Shown: in pieces, positions 56,733 to 64,000 of the stretch
Position numbering within the stretch: position 1 is the stretch's first letter
How the letters are laid out: every line of letters starts with the position of its first letter
Translations under genes and position numbers: made by a program
Source of the DNA: an uncultured Alphaproteobacteria bacterium
Lineage (GTDB): Bacteria > Pseudomonadota > Alphaproteobacteria > Rhizobiales > Beijerinckiaceae
Direction: 5' to 3'
Assembly (NCBI GenBank): GCA_963836695.1
Contig: CAWIKX010000013.1
Coordinates: 132,231 to 196,230 of the forward strand
DNA length: 64,000 bases
The notes under the pieces: model-generated
Told to the model about the DNA's origin: nothing
What the model saw: only the letters and a program-made list of their open reading frames with translations
The model's database searches: none

Positions 56733-56854
56733 GGTTTTCTCGGTGCTCGCAGAAGCGAGCCCGCTTTTCTCAAAGACCGCCAGGCGAAGAGGCGCTCCGC
56801 CTGGATCCGTGACCCGCTAAGGCGGCTCAACGCACGCCGGATCTTCAGGATCTC

Positions 56855-57730
56855 ATGCCGATCCCTCGCTCTGACACCGCGGGCCTCGGCGTCCTCCTTT
56901 ATCTCGCCGGCGTCGCGATGTTCGCGTTCAACGACGCGCTCGGCAAATGGCTGGTCAAGGATTATGGCGTCGGCCAGCTGATGTTGCTGCGCACGATCGG
57001 CGCGGGGGTCGTGCTTGCGCCAATGGTCATTTCGCTGCGGGCCAAACTGATCGATCCGCGCCGACCCGGTCTTCAGGTCCTACGCGTCTTATGCGCGGCG
57101 GCGGACACCTTCGCCTTCTACTATGCGACGCGCACCATGCCGCTCGCCGATGTGATGACCTTCTATATGGCGACGCCGCTCATGATCACGGCAATGTCGG
57201 CCCCGCTGCTTGGCGAAAAGGTCGAGCGCTTTCGCTGGGTAGCCGTTCTGGTGGGCTTTGTCGGCGTCCTCATTGCGCTCAGGCCCTCGTCGCAGATGCT
57301 TTCTTGGGGCGCGCCGATCGCGCTCTTGGGAGCCATCGCCTATGCGCTGAGCCAGACGATCACGCGCGATCTTCGGGGCATCCACTGGGTCCCCCTCGTT
57401 CTTTGGCAATTCGTCGGCACGGGTCTCGTCGGCGCGGCGACCATTCCCTGGGCGTGGACGACCCCTGGTCTTTTTGATCTCGGCCTCATGTTCCTGGTTG
57501 GGGTGGTGGCGATGATCTGCATCATCTGCGTCGTTCGGGCGCTCGGTTTGGCCCGCGTCGCGGTGCTGGCCCCGCTGCAATATACGGGCTTGCTGTGGGC
57601 CGCGATCCTCGGGTGGCTCGTCTGGCGCGATGCGCCCTCGCTACCGATCATCATCGGCAACGCCATCATCATCGGCAGCGGGCTCTATGTGGTGGCGAAG
57701 GGCAGGAAGGTCGAGGGGGCGGTCAACTAG
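56855..57730 (+). CDS. EamA/DMT-family transporter
   Basis: 291 aa with 10 predicted TM helices in two EamA-like halves. Confidence 0.75.
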   Translation: MPIPRSDTAGLGVLLYLAGVAMFAFNDALGKWLVKDYGVGQLMLLRTIGAGVVLAPMVISLRAKLIDPRRPGLQVLRVLCAAADTFAFYYATRTMPLADVMTFYMATPLMITAMSAPLLGEKVERFRWVAVLVGFVGVLIALRPSSQMLSWGAPIALLGAIAYALSQTITRDLRGIHWVPLVLWQFVGTGLVGAATIPWAWTTPGLFDLGLMFLVGVVAMICIICVVRALGLARVAVLAPLQYTGLLWAAILGWLVWRDAPSLPIIIGNAIIIGSGLYVVAKGRKVEGAVN

Positions 57731-57740
57731 GCGCCTTCGC

Positions 57741-58559
57741 TCACGCCCCGCTGCGGGTCGCGGGCCATGCGCCCGAAAATTTCTTGCCCGCGGTGTCCTC
57801 GGCCTCGACGCTAAACATCTTGGCCCCGTTGGGCTTGTAGGTGAAGCGGAAGTTCGGATCCTCCGAGATCGAGATGCCGGCGGCCATCGAGAAAACAAGA
57901 TCCGGCCCCTGATAGACCGCGAGCTTTTCGATATAGCGGGCCGGCGTGTAGAGCCGCGTCACCTGGTCCATCTGCAGCCCTGAATTGTTCGGATGGCGAA
58001 TCATGAGGAGCGCTTCGTTCGGCGCTTCGGGGGTCGGCGGCAGGACGCGGAACTTCATTTGTCCCAGCGTCGCCATGGCTTCGTCCATGCTCTTGACCAT
58101 GGGCGCCGAGCAGCCGCCTGACGCCTTGATGTAGCGCGTCGCCATACGGAGCGAGCCGTCGCTGAGCTCCGCGACCACGTGCGTATTGGTGTAGGAATTG
58201 ACCCTGACCCGGGTCGAGATGCGCGTGTCGCTCGACTTCTCGCCAAGCGTGAAGGCGGCGGCCAACGGCACCGGATTCTGGTCGATGACAAGCGTGAGCT
58301 TGACTACGCGGCGCTTGTCGCCTTCCGGCAGTTTCGCTGAGAACGACACGGGCACCAGCGCCGCATCCTCGGCGCGCGGGGGCGCCTCGAAGGCGACAAG
58401 GCCTTTGTCTTCCACGATCGTCGCATCGTTGAACAACATATGCACGAGGTCGGGCCAGACGTCGGGGTCCTGGTCCGCTTGAGCGAATGCGCGTCCCCCT
58501 GTCGCGGCAAGAAGCGCGAGGCTTGCGAGGGTCTGCCGTCTGCTGAGTATGTGCGCCAT
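57741..58559 (-). CDS. quinoprotein dehydrogenase-associated SoxYZ-like carrier protein
   Basis: 272 aa with a Tat-like signal (SRRQTLASLALLAATGGRAFA). A SoxY-like half ends in ...KASGGCSAP (carrier Cys), followed by a SoxZ-like half (LMIRHPNNSGLQMDQ). Confidence 0.75.
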   Translation of the reverse strand: MAHILSRRQTLASLALLAATGGRAFAQADQDPDVWPDLVHMLFNDATIVEDKGLVAFEAPPRAEDAALVPVSFSAKLPEGDKRRVVKLTLVIDQNPVPLAAAFTLGEKSSDTRISTRVRVNSYTNTHVVAELSDGSLRMATRYIKASGGCSAPMVKSMDEAMATLGQMKFRVLPPTPEAPNEALLMIRHPNNSGLQMDQVTRLYTPARYIEKLAVYQGPDLVFSMAAGISISEDPNFRFTYKPNGAKMFSVEAEDTAGKKFSGAWPATRSGA

Positions 58560-58589
58560 CGAAGCGCCTCCGTACCGAAAAGCCGGCGT

Positions 58590-59530
58590 CTACTGGTCCC
58601 ATTCGAATTCCGAATAGGCCGCCGTCACGTTGCGCCGATTATAGTCCTCGAACAGCTTCCAGTCATCCCGCTCCGCCTGGCCTGCCCATTTGGTCGCGCC
58701 TTCGACAGGCTCGCCTTTGGCGATCGACGCCTTTACGTCCTTCGCGAGGCCCTCGAAATACGCCCGCTCGCCGTCGAGCGCCTGCGGCCAGGGCAAGTCG
58801 ACAGGGCCATGGCCTGGAATGACACGCACCGCTGGAACCTTCGCCAACTCCGGGAGATCCTGAAGCCAGCCCTTGAGCGAGCCGTCGACGATCGGCAGAT
58901 GCTTCACAAAGACGAGGTCGCCGGCGAAAAGCGTGTGCGTCGTCGTATCCAGCACGGTCAGATCGCAGTCCGTGTGCGCCGGCGGCCAGGCCTTGAGTTC
59001 GAGCGTCCGTCCACCGAGATCGAGCGTCATGCGGTCGGCCACGGTCAAAGTCGGAGGAATGATCTTGACCTGATCGACGAGCTTGTCGCCGATGATCCGG
59101 CGAAACGCCTTAAGGTAGAATTCGCCGCGCATCGCGAGCGCGCGGGGCATATTGTGATGGCCGACGAAGGTCGCGCCGGTCCTGTCGAAAGCCGCATTGC
59201 CGAACACGTGATCGGGGTGCTCGTGCGTATTGATGACATAGAGGATGGGTTTGTCGGTGCGCGCGCGAATGGCGGCGAGCAGACGCTGGCCGACGGCACG
59301 CTGCCGCCGGTGTCGATGACAGCGACGCCCTTGTCGCCGATCACGAACCCGATATTGGCGATGTCGCCCAGATTCTCTTCGCTCATCAGAGCGATTTCGC
59401 CAACGTGGACGAACACGCCCGGCGCGACTTCCTGGACGGGCAGAGGAGACAGAGCCTCGGCGCAGAACGCGCTTTGCATCGAGAAGGCGAGGGCGATGAG
59501 CAGAGCGGCGATGAGCCAGCGTGTGGCATT
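58590..59530 (-). pseudogene. MBL-fold zinc metallohydrolase (quinoprotein relay system type), frame broken by a 1-nt deletion; start codon unresolved
   Basis: The N-terminal part (signal peptide [20 protein letters not shown], ...[17 protein letters not shown]) is in the frame of ORF 59045-59686. The continuation [37 protein letters not shown]... is in the frame of ORF 58590-59207. The switch lies within 59295-59308. Confidence 0.75.
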
Positions 59531-59560
59531 ATGTAGGAAGACCTGCAGCGGCTCTGAAGC

Positions 59561-59590
59561 GTCATGGCCGGGCTTGTCCCGGCCATCCAC
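59561..59590. repeat. 30-bp repeat containing a 9-bp-stem palindrome (ATGGCCGGG-cttgt-CCCGGCCAT), left copy
   Basis: GTCATGGCCGGGCTTGTCCCGGCCATCCAC is the reverse complement of 59935-59964 with one mismatch. Confidence 0.85.
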
Positions 59591-59604
59591 GGGTGCGAGG
59601 CGTG

Positions 59605-59895
59605 TCAACTGTTCAGGTCGAGATAGAGGTCCCGCCACTCTGGATTCATGGCGAGGATCAGGCGCACCTTCCAAGCGCGAGGCCAATGCTTCATGTTGCT
59701 CTCGCGCTGAATCGCTGCTGTGATGTCCTCGTGAAATTCATACCATGCCAACCGCTTGAGCGCATACCGCTTCGTGAAGCCCGGGCAAAAGCCTTCACGA
59801 TGCTCATAGGCGCGGCCAGCGAGGTTGGTGGTGACGCCGGTATAAAGCGTACCGTGGGGACGATTCGTCATCATGTAGGCCCAGCCGCCGCGCAT
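59605..59895 (-). CDS. GIY-YIG nuclease-family small protein
   Basis: 96 aa. GWAYMMTNRPHGTLYTGVTTNLAGRAYEHREG is the GIY...YxG motif followed by the conserved R/E, typical of the stand-alone URI-domain proteins common in Alphaproteobacteria. Confidence 0.85.
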   Translation of the reverse strand: MRGGWAYMMTNRPHGTLYTGVTTNLAGRAYEHREGFCPGFTKRYALKRLAWYEFHEDITAAIQRESNMKHWPRAWKVRLILAMNPEWRDLYLDLNS

Positions 59896-59934
59896 TGGGC
59901 CGAGAGTATATCAGGCGCTACGCGCGGCGAAGGC

Positions 59935-59964
59935 GTGGATGGCCGGGACAAGTCCGGCCATGAC
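59935..59964. repeat. 30-bp repeat, right (inverted) copy
   Basis: GTGGATGGCCGGGACAAGTCCGGCCATGAC is the inverted copy of 59561-59590 (29/30 identical). Confidence 0.85.
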
Positions 59965-60035
59965 GTCGAGACCTCAGAGACGCCACCGCCAGGGCACAAA
60001 AGCCAGCTTGAAGTGGTGGGCCGTTGCGGGGCCCA

Positions 60036-60596
60036 ATGACCAGAACCAACCTCCTATCAGCGCTCGCCGCCGCCCTCGGCTTCACTGTTCTCGCCTTCGC
60101 GGCAGCAGCCGGCGCCGCGCCGCCTGAGCCGGACTCCTACCGGCAGAGCGATTATCGTGCGCCGACCCCCGCCACGCTCAAGGGCGCGCGGGTGCTCACG
60201 ACGGAGGAGGCGGCGGCGATGTGGCGCGCGGGCGGCGCAGCCTTCATCGACGTTCTGCCGCAGGCGCCCCGCCCCAAAGGGCTGCCTGCCGATGTCGTCT
60301 GGCGCGACAAGCCGCGCTCCGACATTCCGGGCAGCCTGTGGCTTCCGGATACGGGTTACGGCGAACTTGCCTCCGTCATGGTCGACTATTTTCGGCGCGG
60401 GCTCGATAAGGCCTCGGCCGGCCCTAAGCGCCCTCTCGTGTTCTACTGCCTCAAGGATTGCTGGATGTCCTGGAACGCAGCCAAGCGCGCGCTCGCGCTC
60501 GGCTACACGAGCATCGCCTGGTATCCCGAGGGATCGGACGGTTGGGCGGCGGCCGGCCTACCGCTGGAGAAGCGGACCCCGGAGCCGCGGCCGTGA
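60036..60596 (+). CDS. PQQ-dependent catabolism-associated CXXCW-motif (rhodanese-like) protein
   Basis: A signal peptide is followed by ...LVFYCLKDCWMSWNAAKRALALGYTSIAWYPEGSDGWAAAGLP, which holds the CxxCW motif in a rhodanese-like fold. The ATG is at 60036 (the TTG at 60024 is also possible). Confidence 0.8.
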   Translation: MTRTNLLSALAAALGFTVLAFAAAAGAAPPEPDSYRQSDYRAPTPATLKGARVLTTEEAAAMWRAGGAAFIDVLPQAPRPKGLPADVVWRDKPRSDIPGSLWLPDTGYGELASVMVDYFRRGLDKASAGPKRPLVFYCLKDCWMSWNAAKRALALGYTSIAWYPEGSDGWAAAGLPLEKRTPEPRP

Positions 60597-60616
60597 CGGT
60601 CGCGCGTCATCGGAAG

Positions 60617-60966
60617 TCATTCCGGGCTGGAAAGCGGCTTCCGCCAGGCGATCCAGCCGACGAGTATCGATAGCGCCGCCGCATCACGGCGCAGCCGAGC
60701 GCCGCGCCCCACAGCTGCGTCCGTTCCTGCACCAGCAGAACGGCGGTCGTGAGCTCCAGCGATCCGGTCACGAAATGGAACCAGCCTGGATATCCCCACT
60801 TCAGGTATTCCTCATAGATAGAACCAGAAGCAAAGATGTTGCTGAGGGATCCCACGACGAAGAAAGCGGCAAGCGCCAGGGCCGAGACGAAGGCCCAGGT
60901 TGGCCGCCTCGCCCGCCCGGATTGCGGCGGGTCGAAAAGGCGATCACTGGGACCAGGCTTCACCAC
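60617..60966 (-). pseudogene. DoxX-like family membrane protein, last TM helix out of frame (1-nt deletion)
   Basis: ORF 60607-60966 reads ...KWGYPGWFHFVTGSLELTTAVLLVQERTQLWGAALGCAVM and then an Arg/Ser-rich non-membrane tail. The -1 frame continues AAALSILVGWIAWRKP* (stop at 60617). The switch is at about 60672-60684. Confidence 0.65.
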
Positions 60967-61583
60967 AGGATGACCGGCGTCCGCCCCAACCAGGTGTCAC
61001 TCGTCAGTTGGTCGACAACGAACCGAGCGACATCGGCGCGAGCAATCTTGCCGCCGTTGACGCCTGCGAGGTCGCTGACGGCCCGGATGCCGCCTTGAGC
61101 CGGGTCATCGGTGAGCATGGCGGGCCGGACGATGACCCAATCGAGTGAACTGGCGCGGATCGCGGCTTCCTGACGGTCCTTGTCCTTGTACGCCTGGCTG
61201 AGCAGCAAAGGCTGGAAGAGCCGGTCGAACACGAAGCCGCCGTGGCCGCGGCTGTCGCCCACTCCCAGAGCAGAGATGCAGACCAGGCGGCGCGCGCTGC
61301 TGCGCGTCATCGCCGGAACGAGCGCGCGAGTCGCTTCGGTCAGCAGGCTGACCTTGCGGAAGCCGATGCCGCTGCCCAACCCGCTGACGACGGCCTCGCA
61401 GCCGTCCAGGGCGCGTCCGAGGCTGCTTTCGTTGCGAACATCGCCCTCGATCACTTCTGCTCCCGGCAGATCGGCGCGTGCCGTCGAGCGAACCAGCGCC
61501 ACGACGGAATGGCCTTTCGCCACGGCGTCCCTGACGATCAGTCGTCCCGTTCCGCCCGTTGCGCCCAAAACAAGAAGCTTCAT
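60960..61583 (-). CDS. NAD(P)H-binding (atypical SDR / NmrA-like) oxidoreductase
   Basis: The N-terminal Rossmann motif is MKLLVLGATGGTGRLIV. It is 207 aa and divergent from an HxlR-type regulator, a common pairing. Confidence 0.8.
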   Translation of the reverse strand: MKLLVLGATGGTGRLIVRDAVAKGHSVVALVRSTARADLPGAEVIEGDVRNESSLGRALDGCEAVVSGLGSGIGFRKVSLLTEATRALVPAMTRSSARRLVCISALGVGDSRGHGGFVFDRLFQPLLLSQAYKDKDRQEAAIRASSLDWVIVRPAMLTDDPAQGGIRAVSDLAGVNGGKIARADVARFVVDQLTSDTWLGRTPVILW

Positions 61584-61758
61584 GGTTCAACCCCGATCTT
61601 TCTGAGTCCTAACGAGGCAGCTCACATCCATCACCAGAAACATGCCTTTTCTCCTGGCCCCATAAGGTCTATGTTTGGGGGTAGGTCTCATATAAAGACC
61701 TCGGTTCTGCGCCGTAAGGAGGCAGTTTTTTGTTACCAGGAGAGGCCAAGGGAACCCC

Positions 61759-62178
61759 ATGAGCACTGCTATGAGCGCAATCGTGCAATTCAGCCGATAT
61801 CAATCGGACGACGCCCAGTCCGTGGAACCCATATGCTGCCCGGTGCGCGACGTGCTCGACCGCATCGGCGACAAATGGAGCATACTCATGATCATGACCC
61901 TCGCGACGCGACCGCAGCGCTTCAGCGAGCTTCGCCGCGCAATCCGCGACATCTCCAAGCGCATGCTCACCCAGACCCTGCGCGATCTGGAGCGCGACGG
62001 ACTGATCACTCGCCATGTCTTTCCAACCAAGCCGCCGAGCGTCGAATATCGCCTGGCCCCGCTGGGCCAGTCCCTACTGGAGCCGATGGCGAACCTCATC
62101 GACTGGGCCGACCGTCGGTATTCCGAGATCCACGCCGCGCGCGACTGTTTTGACGGCGCATCCGGCGTTCCGCGCTGA
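61759..62178 (+). CDS. HxlR-family winged-helix transcriptional regulator
   Basis: [22 protein letters not shown]...[31 protein letters not shown]...VEYRL is the HxlR-domain signature. Confidence 0.88.
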   Translation: MSTAMSAIVQFSRYQSDDAQSVEPICCPVRDVLDRIGDKWSILMIMTLATRPQRFSELRRAIRDISKRMLTQTLRDLERDGLITRHVFPTKPPSVEYRLAPLGQSLLEPMANLIDWADRRYSEIHAARDCFDGASGVPR

Positions 62179-62324
62179 GTCTCCGCCACGCCGAAACGCA
62201 GAAAATTTACTTGGTTTAAGCGCGTTTACTGGCGTTTAAACGCGTGTGTTCGTCCGTCCGAAGCGCGCGCTGAACTCCGCTCGGCGTTACGCTAGAATGC
62301 GCGCTTCACGAGAGAGCATGAGCG

Positions 62325-62828
62325 CATGGCCGACCTGGAACCCATTCCCTATTCCGACGCGAAGATCCGCTCGATCCTCGAGCGGGTGCGGACGATCGCG
62401 CTTGTCGGCGCCTCGGCGAACTGGAACCGGCCGAGCTACTTCGTGATGAAGTACCTGCAGGGCAAGGGCTATCGCGTGATCCCGGTCAATCCCGGGATAG
62501 CCGGGAAGCCTCTTCTTGGCGAGATGGCCTATGCGTCGCTGCGCGAAATTCCCGATCACGTCGACATGGTCGACGTGTTTCGCAACTCGGACGAGGCGCC
62601 AGGGATCGTCGCAGATGCGGTCGCCATCGGCGCCAAGGTCGTGTGGATGCAACTGGGCGTTCGGAACGACGCCGCGGCGAAGACGGCCGAGGCGGCCGGC
62701 CTCGAAGTGATCATGAACCGCTGCCCCAAGATCGAGTTCGGCCGGCTCGGCGGCGAATTGTCGTGGAGCGGCGTCAACAGCGGCATCATCCAGAATCGAC
62801 CCCCCGCGGCGCCGTTGCAGCGCCGGGT
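62325..62828 (+). CDS. CoA-binding (YccU/YneT-like) domain; no stop codon, reads in frame into the metY domain
   Basis: This ORF is not in the track because it is open to the window end. My translation from ATG 62325 is MADLEPIPYSDAKIRSILERVRTIALVGASANWNRPSYFVMKYLQGKGYRVIPVNP...VWMQLGVRNDAAAKTAEAAGLEVIMNRCPKIEFGRL, a CoA-binding Rossmann domain. The end coordinate is a domain boundary, not a stop. Confidence 0.7.
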
Positions 62829-64000
62829 GAAAGGCCGCCCGGCGCCTTCGCGCAATCTCGATTACGGCTTCGAAACCCGCGCGATCCACGCCGGCGCCGC
62901 GCCGGACCCGACTACCGGCGCGCGTTCGACCCCGATCTACCAGACGACGGCTTATGTGTTCGACGACGTCGACCACGCCGCCTCGCTCTTCAACCTGCAC
63001 AATTTCGGCTACATCTATTCGCGGCTGACCAACCCGACCGTGTCGGTGCTTGAGGAGCGCATCGCGGCGCTCGAAGGCGGCCGCGCCGCGGTCGCCGCGT
63101 CATCGGGACACGCGGCGCAGTTCCTGACCTTCTTCACGTTGATGGACCCGGGCGATGAGTTCGTTGCTTCACGCAACCTTTATGGCGGCTCGCTCACGCA
63201 ATTCGGCCTGTCGTTCAAGAAGCTCGGCTGGACCTGCCATTTCGTCGATCCGACCGACCCCGAGAACTTTCGCAAGGCGCTGACGCCCAAGTGCAAGGCG
63301 ATCTTCATCGAGAACCTCGCCAATCCGGGCGGCGTCGTGGTCGACATCGCGGCCGTGGCGAAGGTCGCCCACGAGGCGGGTCTGCCGCTGATCGTCGACA
63401 ACACGCTCGCGACCCCTTACCTCTGCCGGCCGATCGAGCATGGCGCGGACATCGTCGTTCATTCGACGACCAAGTTTCTCGCTGGCCACGGCAATGCGCT
63501 CGGCGGGGTCGTGGTCGAGTCGGGCAAATTCGACTGGGGGCAGGGGGGTCGCTTTCCCTCGTTGACCGAGCCGGAGCCCGCCTATCACGGGCTCAAGTTC
63601 TTCGAGAACTTCGGCGATTTCGCCTTCACCATGAAGGCGCGTGCGGTCGCCTTGCGCGACTTCGGTCCGGCACTTGCGCCGATGAACGCGTTCCTCACGA
63701 TCACAGGAGTCGAGACCCTGCACGTCCGCATGGAGCGGCATGTGGAGAATGCGCTGAAGGTCGCGGAGTTTCTTAGCCATCACCCAAAGGTCGCTTGGGT
63801 GTCATACGCCAGCCTCGGCGGAAGCCCCTATTACAAGCTCGCGCGGAAATACCTGCCGAAAGGCGCAGGCGCGGTTTTCACCTTCGGCGTCAAGGGCGGC
63901 TTCGACGCCGGCGTCAAGCTGGTCGAAGGCGTCCGCCTCTTCTCGCATCTGGCGAATATCGGCGACACGCGCAGCTTGATTCTCCATCCGGCGTCGACGA
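62826..64000 (+). CDS. metY: O-acetylhomoserine sulfhydrylase / aminocarboxypropyltransferase (PLP-dependent), 3' end outside window
   Basis: GFETRAIHAGAAPDPTTGARSTPIYQTTAYVFDDVDHAASLF, YSRLTNPT, VVHSTTKFLAGHGNALGG (PLP Lys) and LANIGDTRSLILHPAST are present. The candidate own start is the GTG at 62826. It is in the same frame as the upstream CoA-binding domain. Confidence 0.88.

Larger units (their letters stand above)
59561..59964 (-). mobile_element. candidate miniature GIY-YIG cassette bounded by 30-bp inverted repeats
   Basis: It is a 404-bp unit consisting of IR, a 96-aa GIY-YIG ORF and IR. It sits exactly in the divergent intergenic region between two functionally linked quinoprotein-accessory genes. 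The left IR occupies the position where the MBL gene start and promoter should be. Confidence 0.45.

Noticed and set aside
62179-62324. Possible SAM riboswitch (SAM-II type) upstream of the CoA-binding/metY ORF. I also noted a 12-nt perfect palindrome, GCGTTTAAACGC, at 62232-62243.
   Set aside because: I could not find the conserved AAAGCU-containing pseudoknot core of SAM-II or any other riboswitch core I know. The palindrome may be a protein operator, but there is no supporting evidence. A covariance-model scan would settle it.

Overview
This is a high-GC chromosomal segment whose gene content and repeats look alphaproteobacterial, probably Hyphomicrobiales/Rhizobiales-like (inference only). 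I found no rRNA, tRNA or CRISPR. About 60 protein genes are supportable. From left to right: (i) a ferritin-like gene and a DUF2231 + PQQ sugar dehydrogenase pair. (ii) A cassette of acyl-CoA dehydrogenase, PIG-L deacetylase, NodS-like methyltransferase and a convergent GT2 glycosyltransferase. (iii) A ~33 kb carbohydrate/acid-sugar island (7.3-40.7 kb). It holds four ABC importers (two CUT1, two CUT2), an unassignable 668-aa protein coupled to an HpcH aldolase and a 2-hydroxyacid dehydrogenase, and a tetronate module (OtnI/OtnK/OtnC). It also holds a creatininase-family + M42 + FGGY-kinase operon and a divergent PfkB kinase + HPS-like + PHI-like triad. (iv) Housekeeping and miscellaneous genes: Dcp, tandem HdeA-like genes, prfC, rpsD, a LysR regulator + non-Pyl MttB-family gene + MFS transporter, manC, and an unlisted DUF1127 mini-ORF. 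(v) A quinoprotein-relay accessory set (SoxYZ-like carrier, MBL hydrolase, CXXCW protein) split by a small GIY-YIG cassette bounded by 30-bp inverted repeats. (vi) A CoA-binding domain reading in frame into metY at the right edge. At least five otherwise conserved genes (otnK, a CUT2 ATPase, manC, the MBL hydrolase, a DoxX-like gene) carry single-nucleotide frameshifts. This could be consensus error or real decay, and it must be resolved before functional claims are made. The most interesting candidates for undescribed biology are the 668-aa protein operon, the creatininase/M42/FGGY + HPS/PHI locus, the GAF-like tail on an ABC ATPase, and the GIY-YIG cassette.
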